IMG/VR virus record: IMGVR_UViG_3300049617_000306
Direction: 5' to 3' (one strand)
Source: a virus
DNA length: 64,000 nucleotides
The notes beneath the pieces are model-generated. The model was not told the origin of the DNA and ran no database searches. It was given only the letters and a program-made list of their open reading frames with translations. The position numbers and the translations under genes were made by a program. This document shows positions 27,461-36,010 of this stretch, in pieces; within the stretch, counting starts at the first letter, position 1; each line of letters starts with the position of its first letter.

Positions 27461-27859
27461 ATGCCCACCACCCAAAGTCACACCGAGTCGGCTACCACTG
27501 CTTCGCCCGAGACCGTTTCAGATCTCGAGCGCCGCATGGAGAAGCTGCAGACGGATATCAAGGAGGCAACGTTCCACACCGCCTCGGATGTGAACGCGCT
27601 TCTCGGCCACGCCAGGCTGACCTACGAGGAGACGACTCGTCTCCGCGAGAGCATGGGCCGCACCAGCGAGGATGTGCTCGCGTTCCGCAAGGAGTTCGCC
27701 AAGGCGAACAGCACCAAGGCGCACATCGTCCGCGGCGCAGCCATCGCCGGTGGCGTCGTCGTCGGCGGCACCCTCAGCGCTCTGCTGGGGCGGCTCATCT
27801 GGCGCAAGCCGGCCAAGGCGCTGATGCCCGATGCGGCGCAGCCCATCGCGGCGGCGTGA
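27461..27859 (+). CDS. coiled-coil protein with C-terminal TM anchor (alternative in-frame start at 27287)
   Basis: AAGGAGG SD; GAAIAGGVVVGGTLSALLG. Confidence 0.65.
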   Translation: MPTTQSHTESATTASPETVSDLERRMEKLQTDIKEATFHTASDVNALLGHARLTYEETTRLRESMGRTSEDVLAFRKEFAKANSTKAHIVRGAAIAGGVVVGGTLSALLGRLIWRKPAKALMPDAAQPIAAA

Positions 27860-27890
27860 AGAAGTAGGTGAGTCAGCCTCCGGGCTGACA

Positions 27891-27928
27891 GAGAGGGCCG
27901 CCCTTCGGGGCGGCGCTCTTCACCTAGC
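27891..27928 (+). terminator. C(TTCG)G hairpin followed by CCTAGC
   Basis: GCCGCCC TTCG GGGCGGC core. Confidence 0.6.
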
Positions 27929-27936
27929 CTTCACCT

Positions 27937-27964
27937 GCAATAACAAGGACTTCGGGGGGATAAG
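27937..27964 (+). promoter_or_regulatory. GCAA-N16-GGGATAAG promoter motif
   Basis: repeated motif. Confidence 0.65.
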
Positions 27965-27967
27965 AAG

Positions 27968-28090
27968 TACGAAGGTGTGCCTCCCCTTCAGTCGTGGCTC
28001 GTCGCCGTTGCCTTCTTGCGGCGATGGGTTGCGCACCGGCCCGCCCCTCCCAGCTGACACAGGGAGGGGCGGGAGCGGCCGTTTCTTAGC
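27968..28090 (+). ncRNA. candidate structured small RNA
   Basis: between the promoter motif and a TTTCTTAGC terminator; three hairpins; no SD-led ORF. Confidence 0.45.
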
Positions 28091-28204
28091 CCTACGCCCG
28101 TGTGGGTTCGCGGGGAAGTACAACAGCCTTCTCCTACTTGACACGTTGTTTTTCCTTGCGGGGGACCCAGGGTGTACGTACAACAAGGGTGAAAGGAGGA
28201 CGCC

Positions 28205-28483
28205 GTGACCCTGAACGACACCGAGATGTTCGAGACCGCAAACGAGGCGGTCCTCTTCTGCCACTCGTACCTCCTGGAGAAGGGCGAAGCTGCCGCCGCC
28301 GTCTACCTCGAGGGACTCGACTGCATCAGCGACTTGCGCGGTGCCCGCATTGCTTACAACAGGCTCGTGGCAGCCGAGCAGCGCACGGTCAGCCAGGCCG
28401 TGCGGTATGCGGTGACCTCTGCCCTGCGTGCGGTAGAGCGCACGCTCGACGCCAGCGCGCCGCGTCTACACGCCGTCGCCTGA
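28205..28483 (+). CDS. hypothetical protein
   Basis: AGGAGG SD, GTG start. Confidence 0.65.
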   Translation: MTLNDTEMFETANEAVLFCHSYLLEKGEAAAAVYLEGLDCISDLRGARIAYNRLVAAEQRTVSQAVRYAVTSALRAVERTLDASAPRLHAVA

Positions 28484-28484
28484 A

Positions 28485-28512
28485 GCAAACGCAGCTCCTA
28501 GTGCGGGATAAG
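28485..28512 (+). promoter_or_regulatory. GCAA-N16-GGGATAAG promoter motif
   Basis: repeated motif. Confidence 0.65.
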
Positions 28513-28555
28513 AGAAGCGAGAGCTTCTCGATGCTCTCGTACTAGGAGGCACTGC

Positions 28556-29158
28556 ATGTACTGCTTTCAGGTTACGGAACGTGTGAATGTAGGACTGCCC
28601 ATCCTGTGGGACGACGAAGGACCGTCCCTCGAACAGCCGGAAGGCTGGCCTGGGCAGCTGAAGCTGGACGCCCCGCTAGCAGAGGGGATCGTCTGGGCGT
28701 CCGAGTTCGGGGTCACGCGCCTTTGGCAGACCAGCTTGGACGTGGGTGTGAACTACTTGCTGTTCAAGAAGCCCAGCAAGACCAACGAGCGCATCGCTCT
28801 CGTTCACATCGCCACGGCCGCAGGGGTAGGCGGCAAGGTCTACCTCACGGCGAATGCGTATGAAGAAGTGATGCAGCACAAGGTGACGAGGGAGTACAGG
28901 CCGTTCCCCGGCGCCGGCGTGACCCCCCTCTGCAAGCCGGAGGTCGTGGCGGCAGCAAACGCCGGGGTCGACGCGCTCAACATGCTGGTGATGATGCACC
29001 CGGGGGCGAGCTTCCGCATCCGCCGCAACGGCAAGCTAGAAGGGGCGAGCCCTCAGCTGTTCGTGCAGTGGAACGGCTCCGCGCTCGAGCACACCCTGCC
29101 CAGGCGCTACCGCTACGAGGAGCGCGCGACCACGGGCTTCTTGTCGGCCGAGGCGTGA
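28556..29158 (+). CDS. hypothetical protein
   Basis: AGGAGG SD; 200 aa. Confidence 0.7.
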   Translation: MYCFQVTERVNVGLPILWDDEGPSLEQPEGWPGQLKLDAPLAEGIVWASEFGVTRLWQTSLDVGVNYLLFKKPSKTNERIALVHIATAAGVGGKVYLTANAYEEVMQHKVTREYRPFPGAGVTPLCKPEVVAAANAGVDALNMLVMMHPGASFRIRRNGKLEGASPQLFVQWNGSALEHTLPRRYRYEERATTGFLSAEA

Positions 29159-29463
29159 GTTGGTGCGTGCGGAGCAGGCTTGCTGGCCTGCTCCGCAGGC
29201 TCCTTTTTCTTATCCTTCGGCGCGGCCGCGCGGTCGGGCGACACGCCCTCGATCTTCTTACCCGCCTGGTCGAGCAGCGCGCGGATGCTGCGCATGCACG
29301 GCCCACAGAGGTCCTCGAACTCCACGGTGCGCGCAGCGCCCTCCGTCACCACCAGCTTGGCAGTGAACTGCGGCGTGACTTCCTTGACCGCGGCGTCGAA
29401 CTCCCGCGTCTCCGTGCGCTCGCACCGCGAGCACTGAACCTCAACCACCTGTCGTCGTGCCAT
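29113..29463 (-). CDS. Zn-binding protein (CxxC...DLCxxC)
   Basis: CSRC, DLCGPC. Confidence 0.6.
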   Translation of the reverse strand: MARRQVVEVQCSRCERTETREFDAAVKEVTPQFTAKLVVTEGAARTVEFEDLCGPCMRSIRALLDQAGKKIEGVSPDRAAAPKDKKKEPAEQASKPAPHAPTHASADKKPVVARSS

Positions 29464-29644
29464 CAGATGCTCCTCTCGTCTTGCGCCACAAGTAAGTCTT
29501 CAAGATCGCGCGCTCGCCCTTGGTGAGCGGGTCGTTCCCGAGACCGCTGAACCAGGCCTCGAAGGCCTGGATGTCCTCGTCCACTGCAGCCTCCAGCGCT
29601 TCGGGACGCTCGAGTTCTTCTACTGCTACCACAACACGCGGCAT
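29441..29644 (-). CDS. hypothetical protein
   Basis: GGAGGAG SD. Confidence 0.6.
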   Translation of the reverse strand: MPRVVVAVEELERPEALEAAVDEDIQAFEAWFSGLGNDPLTKGERAILKTYLWRKTRGASDGTTTGG

Positions 29645-29645
29645 G

Positions 29646-29673
29646 GCAACTCCTCCATCGTTTCGGGGATAAG
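29646..29673 (+). promoter_or_regulatory. GCAA-N16-GGGATAAG promoter motif
   Basis: repeated motif. Confidence 0.65.
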
Positions 29674-29690
29674 GGTAATGAGGCATCCAC

Positions 29691-29945
29691 ATGTTCAAGA
29701 GCATCTACAACATCTTCGAAAAGCTAGTATCCGAGAAAGACCACCTGACCCGGCAGTGCCAGGAACTGCTCGACATGCGAGAGCTGGCCGCATCCGAGCA
29801 GGCGCACCCGCTGACGATCCGGGCCATCGACTTCGAGATCGAGTACGTCAAGAGCAGCCTCGAGGAGCTCGAGCTCCTGTGCCGGACCACCTGCGTGAGC
29901 CGGGGCCGGCACATCGTGACCGAGGTTAGGGGAGGGCAGTGCTGA
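29691..29945 (+). CDS. hypothetical protein
   Basis: follows the promoter motif and a GAGG SD. Confidence 0.6.
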   Translation: MFKSIYNIFEKLVSEKDHLTRQCQELLDMRELAASEQAHPLTIRAIDFEIEYVKSSLEELELLCRTTCVSRGRHIVTEVRGGQC

Positions 29946-30130
29946 TGACCGTTCGAGAGTGGAACGTCGAGGGGCTGGAGATCATCGTCTTCAGGGGCGA
30001 CGGGCGCGGATACGTGTGGGTCGGCGGCAAGAGCAAAGGCGGCGGTGACGTCATCCTTGCGAGCGGCCGTGCCCAGCTGGACAAGGTCATCGAGGTCCTA
30101 CAGAAAGCCCGCGAGCACCTGCGGGGTTGA
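29945..30130 (+). CDS. small hypothetical protein
   Basis: TGATG coupling. Confidence 0.55.
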   Translation: MTVREWNVEGLEIIVFRGDGRGYVWVGGKSKGGGDVILASGRAQLDKVIEVLQKAREHLRG

Positions 30131-30172
30131 AGTATCGCGCTGCGCCCTTCGGGGCGCGGCGCTATTCTTAGC
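30131..30172 (+). terminator. C(TTCG)G hairpin followed by TTCTTAGC
   Basis: GCGCTGCGCCC TTCG GGGCGCGGCGC. Confidence 0.7.
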
Positions 30173-30177
30173 CCCCG

Positions 30178-30624
30178 ATGCAGACCATCCGCAGGGCCAC
30201 CGAAGAAGACGCCCAACGCATGCTCGCGCTCGAGCAAGTCTTTCCGAACTCGATGACCGATACGATGCTGCTGCGCGAGCTCGAGGTCGGGGTCGGCTAC
30301 GTGCTGCTCGACGACGAGGCGGACGCGGTGCGCGTGGTGGGCTACGCCCTGGTGCGTCAGGACAAGGACCTGCTCGACCTCACGCGCTTGGCCATCGAGC
30401 CGGGGTTGCATGGCCGCGGCTACGGCCGCTTCCTGCTGTCCTTCATCTGCGCCTCTGCAGACGCCGAGGGACGCGCGCTCATACTTACGGTGCTCAAGGA
30501 CAACCACCGCGCCATCCTCCTCTACCTGCGTGCGGGCTTCAGGGTCGTCGGGCACTACGTTAGGGAGCACGCTTGGGCAATGCGCCGAGACGTGCCGGGC
30601 GCGGCCCATCCAACGCGCTGCTGA
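30178..30624 (+). CDS. GNAT acetyltransferase (RimI-like)
   Basis: LAIEPGLHGRGYG, LTVLKDNHRAILLYLRAGF. Confidence 0.9.
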   Translation: MQTIRRATEEDAQRMLALEQVFPNSMTDTMLLRELEVGVGYVLLDDEADAVRVVGYALVRQDKDLLDLTRLAIEPGLHGRGYGRFLLSFICASADAEGRALILTVLKDNHRAILLYLRAGFRVVGHYVREHAWAMRRDVPGAAHPTRC

Positions 30625-30793
30625 CGTAGTTCGCACCGCACCCGACGCACTGCATCACGACCTTGCCACCGGGCAGGCGCTTGATGCCGCAGATGTTGTG
30701 GCACTTCATGCAGCGCTGCTGGCCCATGCCACCGGCGGGCTGCTTGCGGATGACGTTGCCGCGGGTGTCCTTCACGCTGCGGATGATCTTCAC
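30560..30793 (-). CDS. Zn-ribbon protein
   Basis: CMKC, CVGC. Confidence 0.6.
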   Translation of the reverse strand: MKIIRSVKDTRGNVIRKQPAGGMGQQRCMKCHNICGIKRLPGGKVVMQCVGCGANYVSSALDGPRPARLGALPKRAP

Positions 30794-31215
30794 TGGTCTC
30801 CTCCGAACTCGATGGGCTTGTCCTCGTCCACAGTCGCGAGGATGGGAACGGGACTCTCCGAGGCCTGCTTCTCGGCCGCCGCCAGCTCCTCGATGTACGC
30901 CTTGAGGTAGGCGTTCCAGTCGATGTTGCCGCCCGCGAACGGCAAGCTTCGCAGCTCCGTCACCCCGCAGTTGATGAGGCGGACGTGCCCGTTGAGGACG
31001 TCTCCCACCACCGTGCGCAGCACCGCGTTCTGGGCCTCCAGCATCTGGATACCGTCGGAGAAGACTTTCGTGTTGGTGTTGAAGGCGTCCTCGAGCTGCT
31101 TGACACGATCTTGCAGCCCCTGAATGACGAGACGAACGTTAGGTCCCTGCTGTTGGCGGGGCCCCGTCGGGCTCGGGCTGGCGCTTCTTCTTTTTCTTCG
31201 GCTTTCCGTTGCCAT
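30790..31215 (-). CDS. coiled-coil hypothetical protein
   Basis: 141 aa. Confidence 0.6.
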   Translation of the reverse strand: MATESRRKRRSASPSPTGPRQQQGPNVRLVIQGLQDRVKQLEDAFNTNTKVFSDGIQMLEAQNAVLRTVVGDVLNGHVRLINCGVTELRSLPFAGGNIDWNAYLKAYIEELAAAEKQASESPVPILATVDEDKPIEFGGDQ

Positions 31216-31513
31216 CGGTGCTCTGGACTCCTTCTGGGCACGACCACGGGGGCAGGTCCTCGGGGTTCTTGGACGCCTTGATCATCTTCGAGCGCAGCTC
31301 GTTCTCGTACAGGGAGAGCTCCTCGAACACCTCGTAGACGTAGTCGGACTCGACCTGGCTCTCGCTCATCGGCAAGTTCTCGCAGATGATGGGCTTGTAG
31401 TTGGCCGACGGTACGTCCGACTTCATGTGGTGCTCGGACAGCAGGCGCTGAAGAGCCACGACGACGGCGTGTTTGCTTGCGAACCGCTTGAAGGCGCTCA
31501 TGACGTTGTCCAC
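31139..31513 (-). CDS. hypothetical protein
   Basis: 124 aa. Confidence 0.5.
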   Translation of the reverse strand: MDNVMSAFKRFASKHAVVVALQRLLSEHHMKSDVPSANYKPIICENLPMSESQVESDYVYEVFEELSLYENELRSKMIKASKNPEDLPPWSCPEGVQSTDGNGKPKKKKKRQPEPDGAPPTAGT

Positions 31514-31528
31514 GCAGTGTACACGATC

Positions 31529-32188
31529 TCAGGCAGATAGCAGGGCCTTGAAGCGCCCTAGCAGGTCTGCCCCCGAGGCGGTGTCCTTGATGATGTTCTT
31601 CAGGCGGTAGACGTAGACGTCCCGCTTGGTGCGCGCTGCGTTGAGCTTCTCGCCCCCGAGCTGCCGGCCCTGTTCGATCTCCGCGGCCTTTCGGATGTCG
31701 GCCTTGGGCAGCTTCACGTAGATGTCCGCGTTGTGCCCGAGGCGCACGAAGTACTTGTAGATGAGGCGGGCCCAGTCGTTGGTGGTCAGCCGCGCGAAGA
31801 CTTCGCCGTGCACCTGGCTGCCCTTCCAAACGCGCTGGCAGTCTGGGCAGACCAGGTGGCCATAGCCCTGCGAGGCGTCTGGGATGATGCCGCGGCACTC
31901 ACCCATCTTCAGCTCGCGCGCCGGGCACTCGTAGATCTTGCAGTCGCCCCCTCCGTGCAGCTTCGCTCCACTCTCCCAGAGCGACAGCGCCCCGGCGTAG
32001 GGAACGCGGCCGCTGCGACGGCTGGAGAAGAGCAGCTCGATCTTGTACTTGGCCACCTGCTGCTGGGCGAGGAGCTTGTCCAGCGCCTGCATGCGCTTCT
32101 TCAGCGTGTCGAGCTCCTCCTCCGTCAGCTGCGGGGCTGCGTCGATGGAGTTGTCCTGCCCCCACTTCACCTCACCGATGTTCGGCAT
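31529..32188 (-). CDS. Zn-binding hypothetical protein
   Basis: MPNIGEV start; ECP...CRG...CPDC. Confidence 0.65.
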   Translation of the reverse strand: MPNIGEVKWGQDNSIDAAPQLTEEELDTLKKRMQALDKLLAQQQVAKYKIELLFSSRRSGRVPYAGALSLWESGAKLHGGGDCKIYECPARELKMGECRGIIPDASQGYGHLVCPDCQRVWKGSQVHGEVFARLTTNDWARLIYKYFVRLGHNADIYVKLPKADIRKAAEIEQGRQLGGEKLNAARTKRDVYVYRLKNIIKDTASGADLLGRFKALLSA

Positions 32189-32655
32189 CAGCCACCCCTC
32201 ATCTTGTTCTGCACGGCCATGGGACCGACGGGTACCATGCCCGCAGGACCAGCGCCGCGCTTGCCGCCGGCGGTGTCGTTGCGGGAGTTGCCCAGCAAGG
32301 GAATCTCCATGACCTCCGCCCTCGACTGCGGCGAGCTCTCGATGATGCTGATGACGTCGGCGTAGTGCTGGGCGATGTCCTCGCCTTGCAGCAGGATGCG
32401 CCAGGCGAAGACCATCTTGTCGGTCTCCTTCTTGATGAAGTACGACTTCGAGAGGTCGACCTTCCAGGGGCGCGACTCCATCGCCTTGAGCAGGCGCCAC
32501 TTCACGATCTTCCAGTTGCCCTCGTTCGAACCGAGGCGGTCGCCCGGGATGCGCCCGAGGATGCGCAGCTGGTTGGGTGACTCGGCCTGCGAGACAACCT
32601 CGAAGCCGACCTTCTTGCGCAGAGCAAGGAACAGCTTGTCAGCCGGCGTCGACAT
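32188..32655 (-). CDS. hypothetical protein
   Basis: MSTPADK start. Confidence 0.65.
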   Translation of the reverse strand: MSTPADKLFLALRKKVGFEVVSQAESPNQLRILGRIPGDRLGSNEGNWKIVKWRLLKAMESRPWKVDLSKSYFIKKETDKMVFAWRILLQGEDIAQHYADVISIIESSPQSRAEVMEIPLLGNSRNDTAGGKRGAGPAGMVPVGPMAVQNKMRGG

Positions 32656-33130
32656 GGGGCTCCGTGAGCGACGGGACGCAGACCATGAAGGCCTTCGTCG
32701 TGCCGAAGAACAGCTCGCGCACGTCACTGAAGAAGACGTGCACGCCGTCGTGCACCAAGTACGTCCTGCCGTTGGTCATCATGGTTGCGATGGACTCCGA
32801 CTTCCAGGCGATGACGAACCCGCCCAGCGGAGTGCGCCCGTAGGTGACCTCGAAGTCGGTCGACTGGTCTCCTTCCTCGACATGCAGCAGCCCGGTGGTC
32901 GCAGTCTCGGCGTACTGGCGTACCACCTCGAGGTCGGTCTCACGCACCAGGGCATACTGCTCGCTCTCGAGCGCCTCGGCGACGATGCGCGCGGCCACCT
33001 CGAGGTCCAGCGGTTCACCGACTGTCGCCTCGCGATCGATGACGGCGCTGATGCGCTTCATCTCTGCGAGCTGCGCGGGGGAGATGATGCCGGCCCTAAG
33101 GACTGCTTCGGTGATGGGGTTCATGCTCAC
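32639..33130 (-). CDS. hypothetical protein
   Basis: 163 aa. Confidence 0.6.
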   Translation of the reverse strand: MSMNPITEAVLRAGIISPAQLAEMKRISAVIDREATVGEPLDLEVAARIVAEALESEQYALVRETDLEVVRQYAETATTGLLHVEEGDQSTDFEVTYGRTPLGGFVIAWKSESIATMMTNGRTYLVHDGVHVFFSDVRELFFGTTKAFMVCVPSLTEPHVDAG

Positions 33131-33663
33131 ACCTGCGGTATGACGAGCTTGTAGCTCTTCTGGGTGTCTACCAGCGCAGCAGCCCTAGTGTATGCCGCGC
33201 AGAGAACAATGACGTGGTCTTCTAGCTGCCGGTCGATGACGAAGGGCACGCCGTAGAGCTCCTCGTGTGTCGACGGGTCGATGGTGGTGGTGCTCTCGTA
33301 CCAGCGCCAGAACTGGGTGTTGGCACCGGCGACAATGGCCACTGGAAAGAGATGGTCGGCTGCAGCACTGTCGAAGAGCTGACCAACAGCCACCGCGGCG
33401 TTGGGGTCCGGGTCCCCGAGCTCCACGACCCGGCTGTTGCGGATGACCGCGTAGGGCTGCAGCGTAGCGAAGTCGATCTCGAGGGGCTTGAGCGGGTCGC
33501 CCTCGCGCATGAAGTGCCGGTACTCGACCTTGCCACGCGCGTCGATGTGGATGCTCTGCACACGGGGCAGCTTCAGGATGTCCTCGATGGCCTTGAGGAA
33601 GCCACGTACCCCGACGTTCTTGGGGATCTCGACCGTCCCGGTGACCTCTTCGTACTCCGCCAC
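33127..33663 (-). CDS. hypothetical protein
   Basis: 178 aa. Confidence 0.65.
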   Translation of the reverse strand: MAEYEEVTGTVEIPKNVGVRGFLKAIEDILKLPRVQSIHIDARGKVEYRHFMREGDPLKPLEIDFATLQPYAVIRNSRVVELGDPDPNAAVAVGQLFDSAAADHLFPVAIVAGANTQFWRWYESTTTIDPSTHEELYGVPFVIDRQLEDHVIVLCAAYTRAAALVDTQKSYKLVIPQV

Positions 33664-33842
33664 TAGACCTGCTCCACTTCGCCGTCCGGCCGGCGCTGCC
33701 GCTCCACCTTGTCCGCTTCGACCGCCTGCTGCAAGAAGGTGATGACCATCGCCGACACGGTGGTGTGTCGACGGCGTGCAACCTTCTCCACCTCGGTCTT
33801 GAGTCCCGAGGCGACCCGCACCTGAAGACGACTCTCCTTCAT
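33663..33842 (-). CDS. ribbon-helix-helix (CopG/Arc-like) DNA-binding protein
   Basis: manual translation MKESRLQVRVASGLKTEVEKVARRRHTTVSAMVITFL (59 aa). Confidence 0.7.
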   Translation of the reverse strand: MKESRLQVRVASGLKTEVEKVARRRHTTVSAMVITFLQQAVEADKVERQRRPDGEVEQV

Positions 33843-34090
33843 CCCTGAACGAACTTCAGCGCGTCGAGGTAGTCACGCAGACCCTCGAGAGGAAAGCGCT
33901 TGAGGATGAACTCGACCACCTTGTCGTGGGCGAAGTCGAGGACTTCCTCGGTCATGGGCTTGCCCACGAGCTCGGGGGCGAGCTCCTTCTCGAGCTCGAT
34001 CTTCATCTTGCTGTTGAGCCCGATGAAGGTCGGCAGCCACATGAAGTTGAGCTCGAGCTTGCCCGGCTCCGTACTAACGACAGCTCTCAC
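33839..34090 (-). CDS. hypothetical protein
   Basis: 83 aa, AGGAGG SD. Confidence 0.6.
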   Translation of the reverse strand: MRAVVSTEPGKLELNFMWLPTFIGLNSKMKIELEKELAPELVGKPMTEEVLDFAHDKVVEFILKRFPLEGLRDYLDALKFVQG

Positions 34091-34422
34091 GCTCCCTCCT
34101 TGGGCAGGACGTACAGTACGTCCATCGCACGAATCATCCCGGTGTCGTCCTCGAGCTGCTTCAGCAGCGCCTTGCCCTGCTGATGCTCGAGGTGCTCGCG
34201 GAAGAAGGCGACCCGGTCGCCAACCTCAATCCCCACAGGCTCCACGATCTCCCGTTCCAGCGTGTCGGACCAGCGGCGGTTGCCCGGACCGACGCGCAGG
34301 ACCTTGCCGACACGCTGCCGCTCGACCTGGGTTGTGCCCTCGAGGATGATGCCCCCAGGAGACGTCTTCGGCAGCGGCTCCAGCTGCAGTACCAGCCAGT
34401 CGCGAAGAGGACGGACGCGCAT
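34087..34422 (-). CDS. groES: co-chaperonin GroES-like
   Basis: RPLRDWLVL, SPGGIIL, GKVLRVGPG, VGDRVAF. Confidence 0.9.
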   Translation of the reverse strand: MRVRPLRDWLVLQLEPLPKTSPGGIILEGTTQVERQRVGKVLRVGPGNRRWSDTLEREIVEPVGIEVGDRVAFFREHLEHQQGKALLKQLEDDTGMIRAMDVLYVLPKEGA

Positions 34423-34423
34423 G

Positions 34424-34774
34424 TCAGCTCCCGGCCAAGACGTCGACGGCGTCTTCCTTCGGGATGCTGGCGGTGTTCTCCCCAGCCAGACGCTCCTCGA
34501 GGTTCTTCACGAGCTTCGAGTCGGGCGCGATGGCGCGCAGCGTGGCCGCGTAGTTCGCACCGTTGGGGGCGCGGTACCAGCGATTGCCGATGCGGTGCAT
34601 CAGCTCCGGGGGCTGAAGGCGCCCGTCGGTGTCGTAGAACTGGACCGCGTAGGTCTCGGCGAGCACGAAGTTCGCCACCGACAGCGGCGACCCCGTATCG
34701 GCCACAGGTGCACGCTGCCCCGCAGGGATACTCACACCAACCGGCCTGCCACGCCCAGCATTGCCTTCAAACAT
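34424..34774 (-). CDS. hypothetical protein
   Basis: MFEGNAG start. Confidence 0.55.
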   Translation of the reverse strand: MFEGNAGRGRPVGVSIPAGQRAPVADTGSPLSVANFVLAETYAVQFYDTDGRLQPPELMHRIGNRWYRAPNGANYAATLRAIAPDSKLVKNLEERLAGENTASIPKEDAVDVLAGS

Positions 34775-35516
34775 GGACCGTCTCCTTCTCCGCCACGTAG
34801 GCGTCGTACTGCTTCTTGAGGGAATCTCGACTGACCCACGGCCTGCCCTCATTCCAGGCACGCGGGAAGTAGAACCTGTCTAGTGTCGTCTTCTCGAGCA
34901 GATACTCGACGTCGATGTAGCCCCAGCCGCCCTGGCAGGTCACCGCCAGGCGCGCGTGGCACTTCTTCGGGCAGACGAAGATCGTCTTGAAGACCTCGCC
35001 CGCACGCTCGGGATCTGCCAGCAGACCGGGCGACGTGTACATCCCCCAGAAGCCGCAGCCAGGGCACTCGAGTTCATGACCACGTACCTTGAAGTAGACG
35101 ACGTCGCCGAACGCATCGGCCAGCGAATTGTGCCCAGCGACGATGACGGGCTGCTGAGTACTTGGAGCACGCTCCTCGCGGGCGTGTGCAACGACGGCAG
35201 AGGGGCTGGAGCTCGGGTGGTCGAACGATTGGACGGCCGCGACCGGGTCAGTGCGGAACATCTCCACCGTCTTGGCGTCGAGCTTGAAGGGACTGAGGCC
35301 CTCGCGGTCGGTGCGCTGCAAGAAGATGTCGACCTCCTGCTCCGGTGGCCAGATGGTGAGCACGGCCGCCAGGCGCTTGAGCATCTCGCTGAACTCGATA
35401 GCTTCGAAAGGCAAGCTCTCCTGCGTGATGAGCCCGTTTTCTTCACTCATGATGCGTCCGCTCGACAGCATCGTACCGTCGACACGCCTGTACTCGAGGG
35501 TCACCTTGATCGTCAT
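34767..35516 (-). CDS. Zn-binding hypothetical protein
   Basis: CPGC, CPKKC. Confidence 0.6.
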   Translation of the reverse strand: MTIKVTLEYRRVDGTMLSSGRIMSEENGLITQESLPFEAIEFSEMLKRLAAVLTIWPPEQEVDIFLQRTDREGLSPFKLDAKTVEMFRTDPVAAVQSFDHPSSSPSAVVAHAREERAPSTQQPVIVAGHNSLADAFGDVVYFKVRGHELECPGCGFWGMYTSPGLLADPERAGEVFKTIFVCPKKCHARLAVTCQGGWGYIDVEYLLEKTTLDRFYFPRAWNEGRPWVSRDSLKKQYDAYVAEKETVHV

Positions 35517-36010
35517 GGGTTGGTCTCCGACAGAGTCTTCTGGGTGTAGGAGACGGGCTTGGTGATTCGGTAGATGCACGCGCCCTCGGCGCCGGCACCG
35601 AAGTGCACCCTGGTCCCGTCCCAGAGCTCGAGCGCGTCGATGAGGGTGCGCTCCTGCCCGGTCACGTTCTTGCCGATGACGCGGCGCACGGGCATGCCCA
35701 GCAGTAGCTCCTGCACCGTCTCGAGCGAGCAGCGCTGCTCGTCAGGAAAGCCCAAGCCGTTGAGGGCAGCGAAGGCCTCTTGCGGCGTAGCCTCCTGCAG
35801 GGTCATCGCCTGCAACACCTTCTGGTCCACCGTGCTCTCGTGAAACCCCAGAGCGTTCTTGCCGCAGCGCGGGCACGGGTAGTGGTCGGGCCAGAACGAG
35901 CTCGCTTTGCCCACCAGCTGGTCGAGCTCCTGCGCGCTGCGCATGTTCGACACGTTGACCGGCATGACCCGGATGGCGAACTCGCAGGGGATGCAGATGA
36001 TGACGATCAT
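35513..36010 (-). CDS. Zn-binding hypothetical protein
   Basis: CIPC, CPRC. Confidence 0.6.
   Translation of the reverse strand: MIVIICIPCEFAIRVMPVNVSNMRSAQELDQLVGKASSFWPDHYPCPRCGKNALGFHESTVDQKVLQAMTLQEATPQEAFAALNGLGFPDEQRCSLETVQELLLGMPVRRVIGKNVTGQERTLIDALELWDGTRVHFGAGAEGACIYRITKPVSYTQKTLSETNP

Noticed and set aside
29207-29216. Minus-strand AGGATAAG as a promoter motif
   Set aside because: Inside coding sequence (KDKK), imperfect, and without a matching upstream element.
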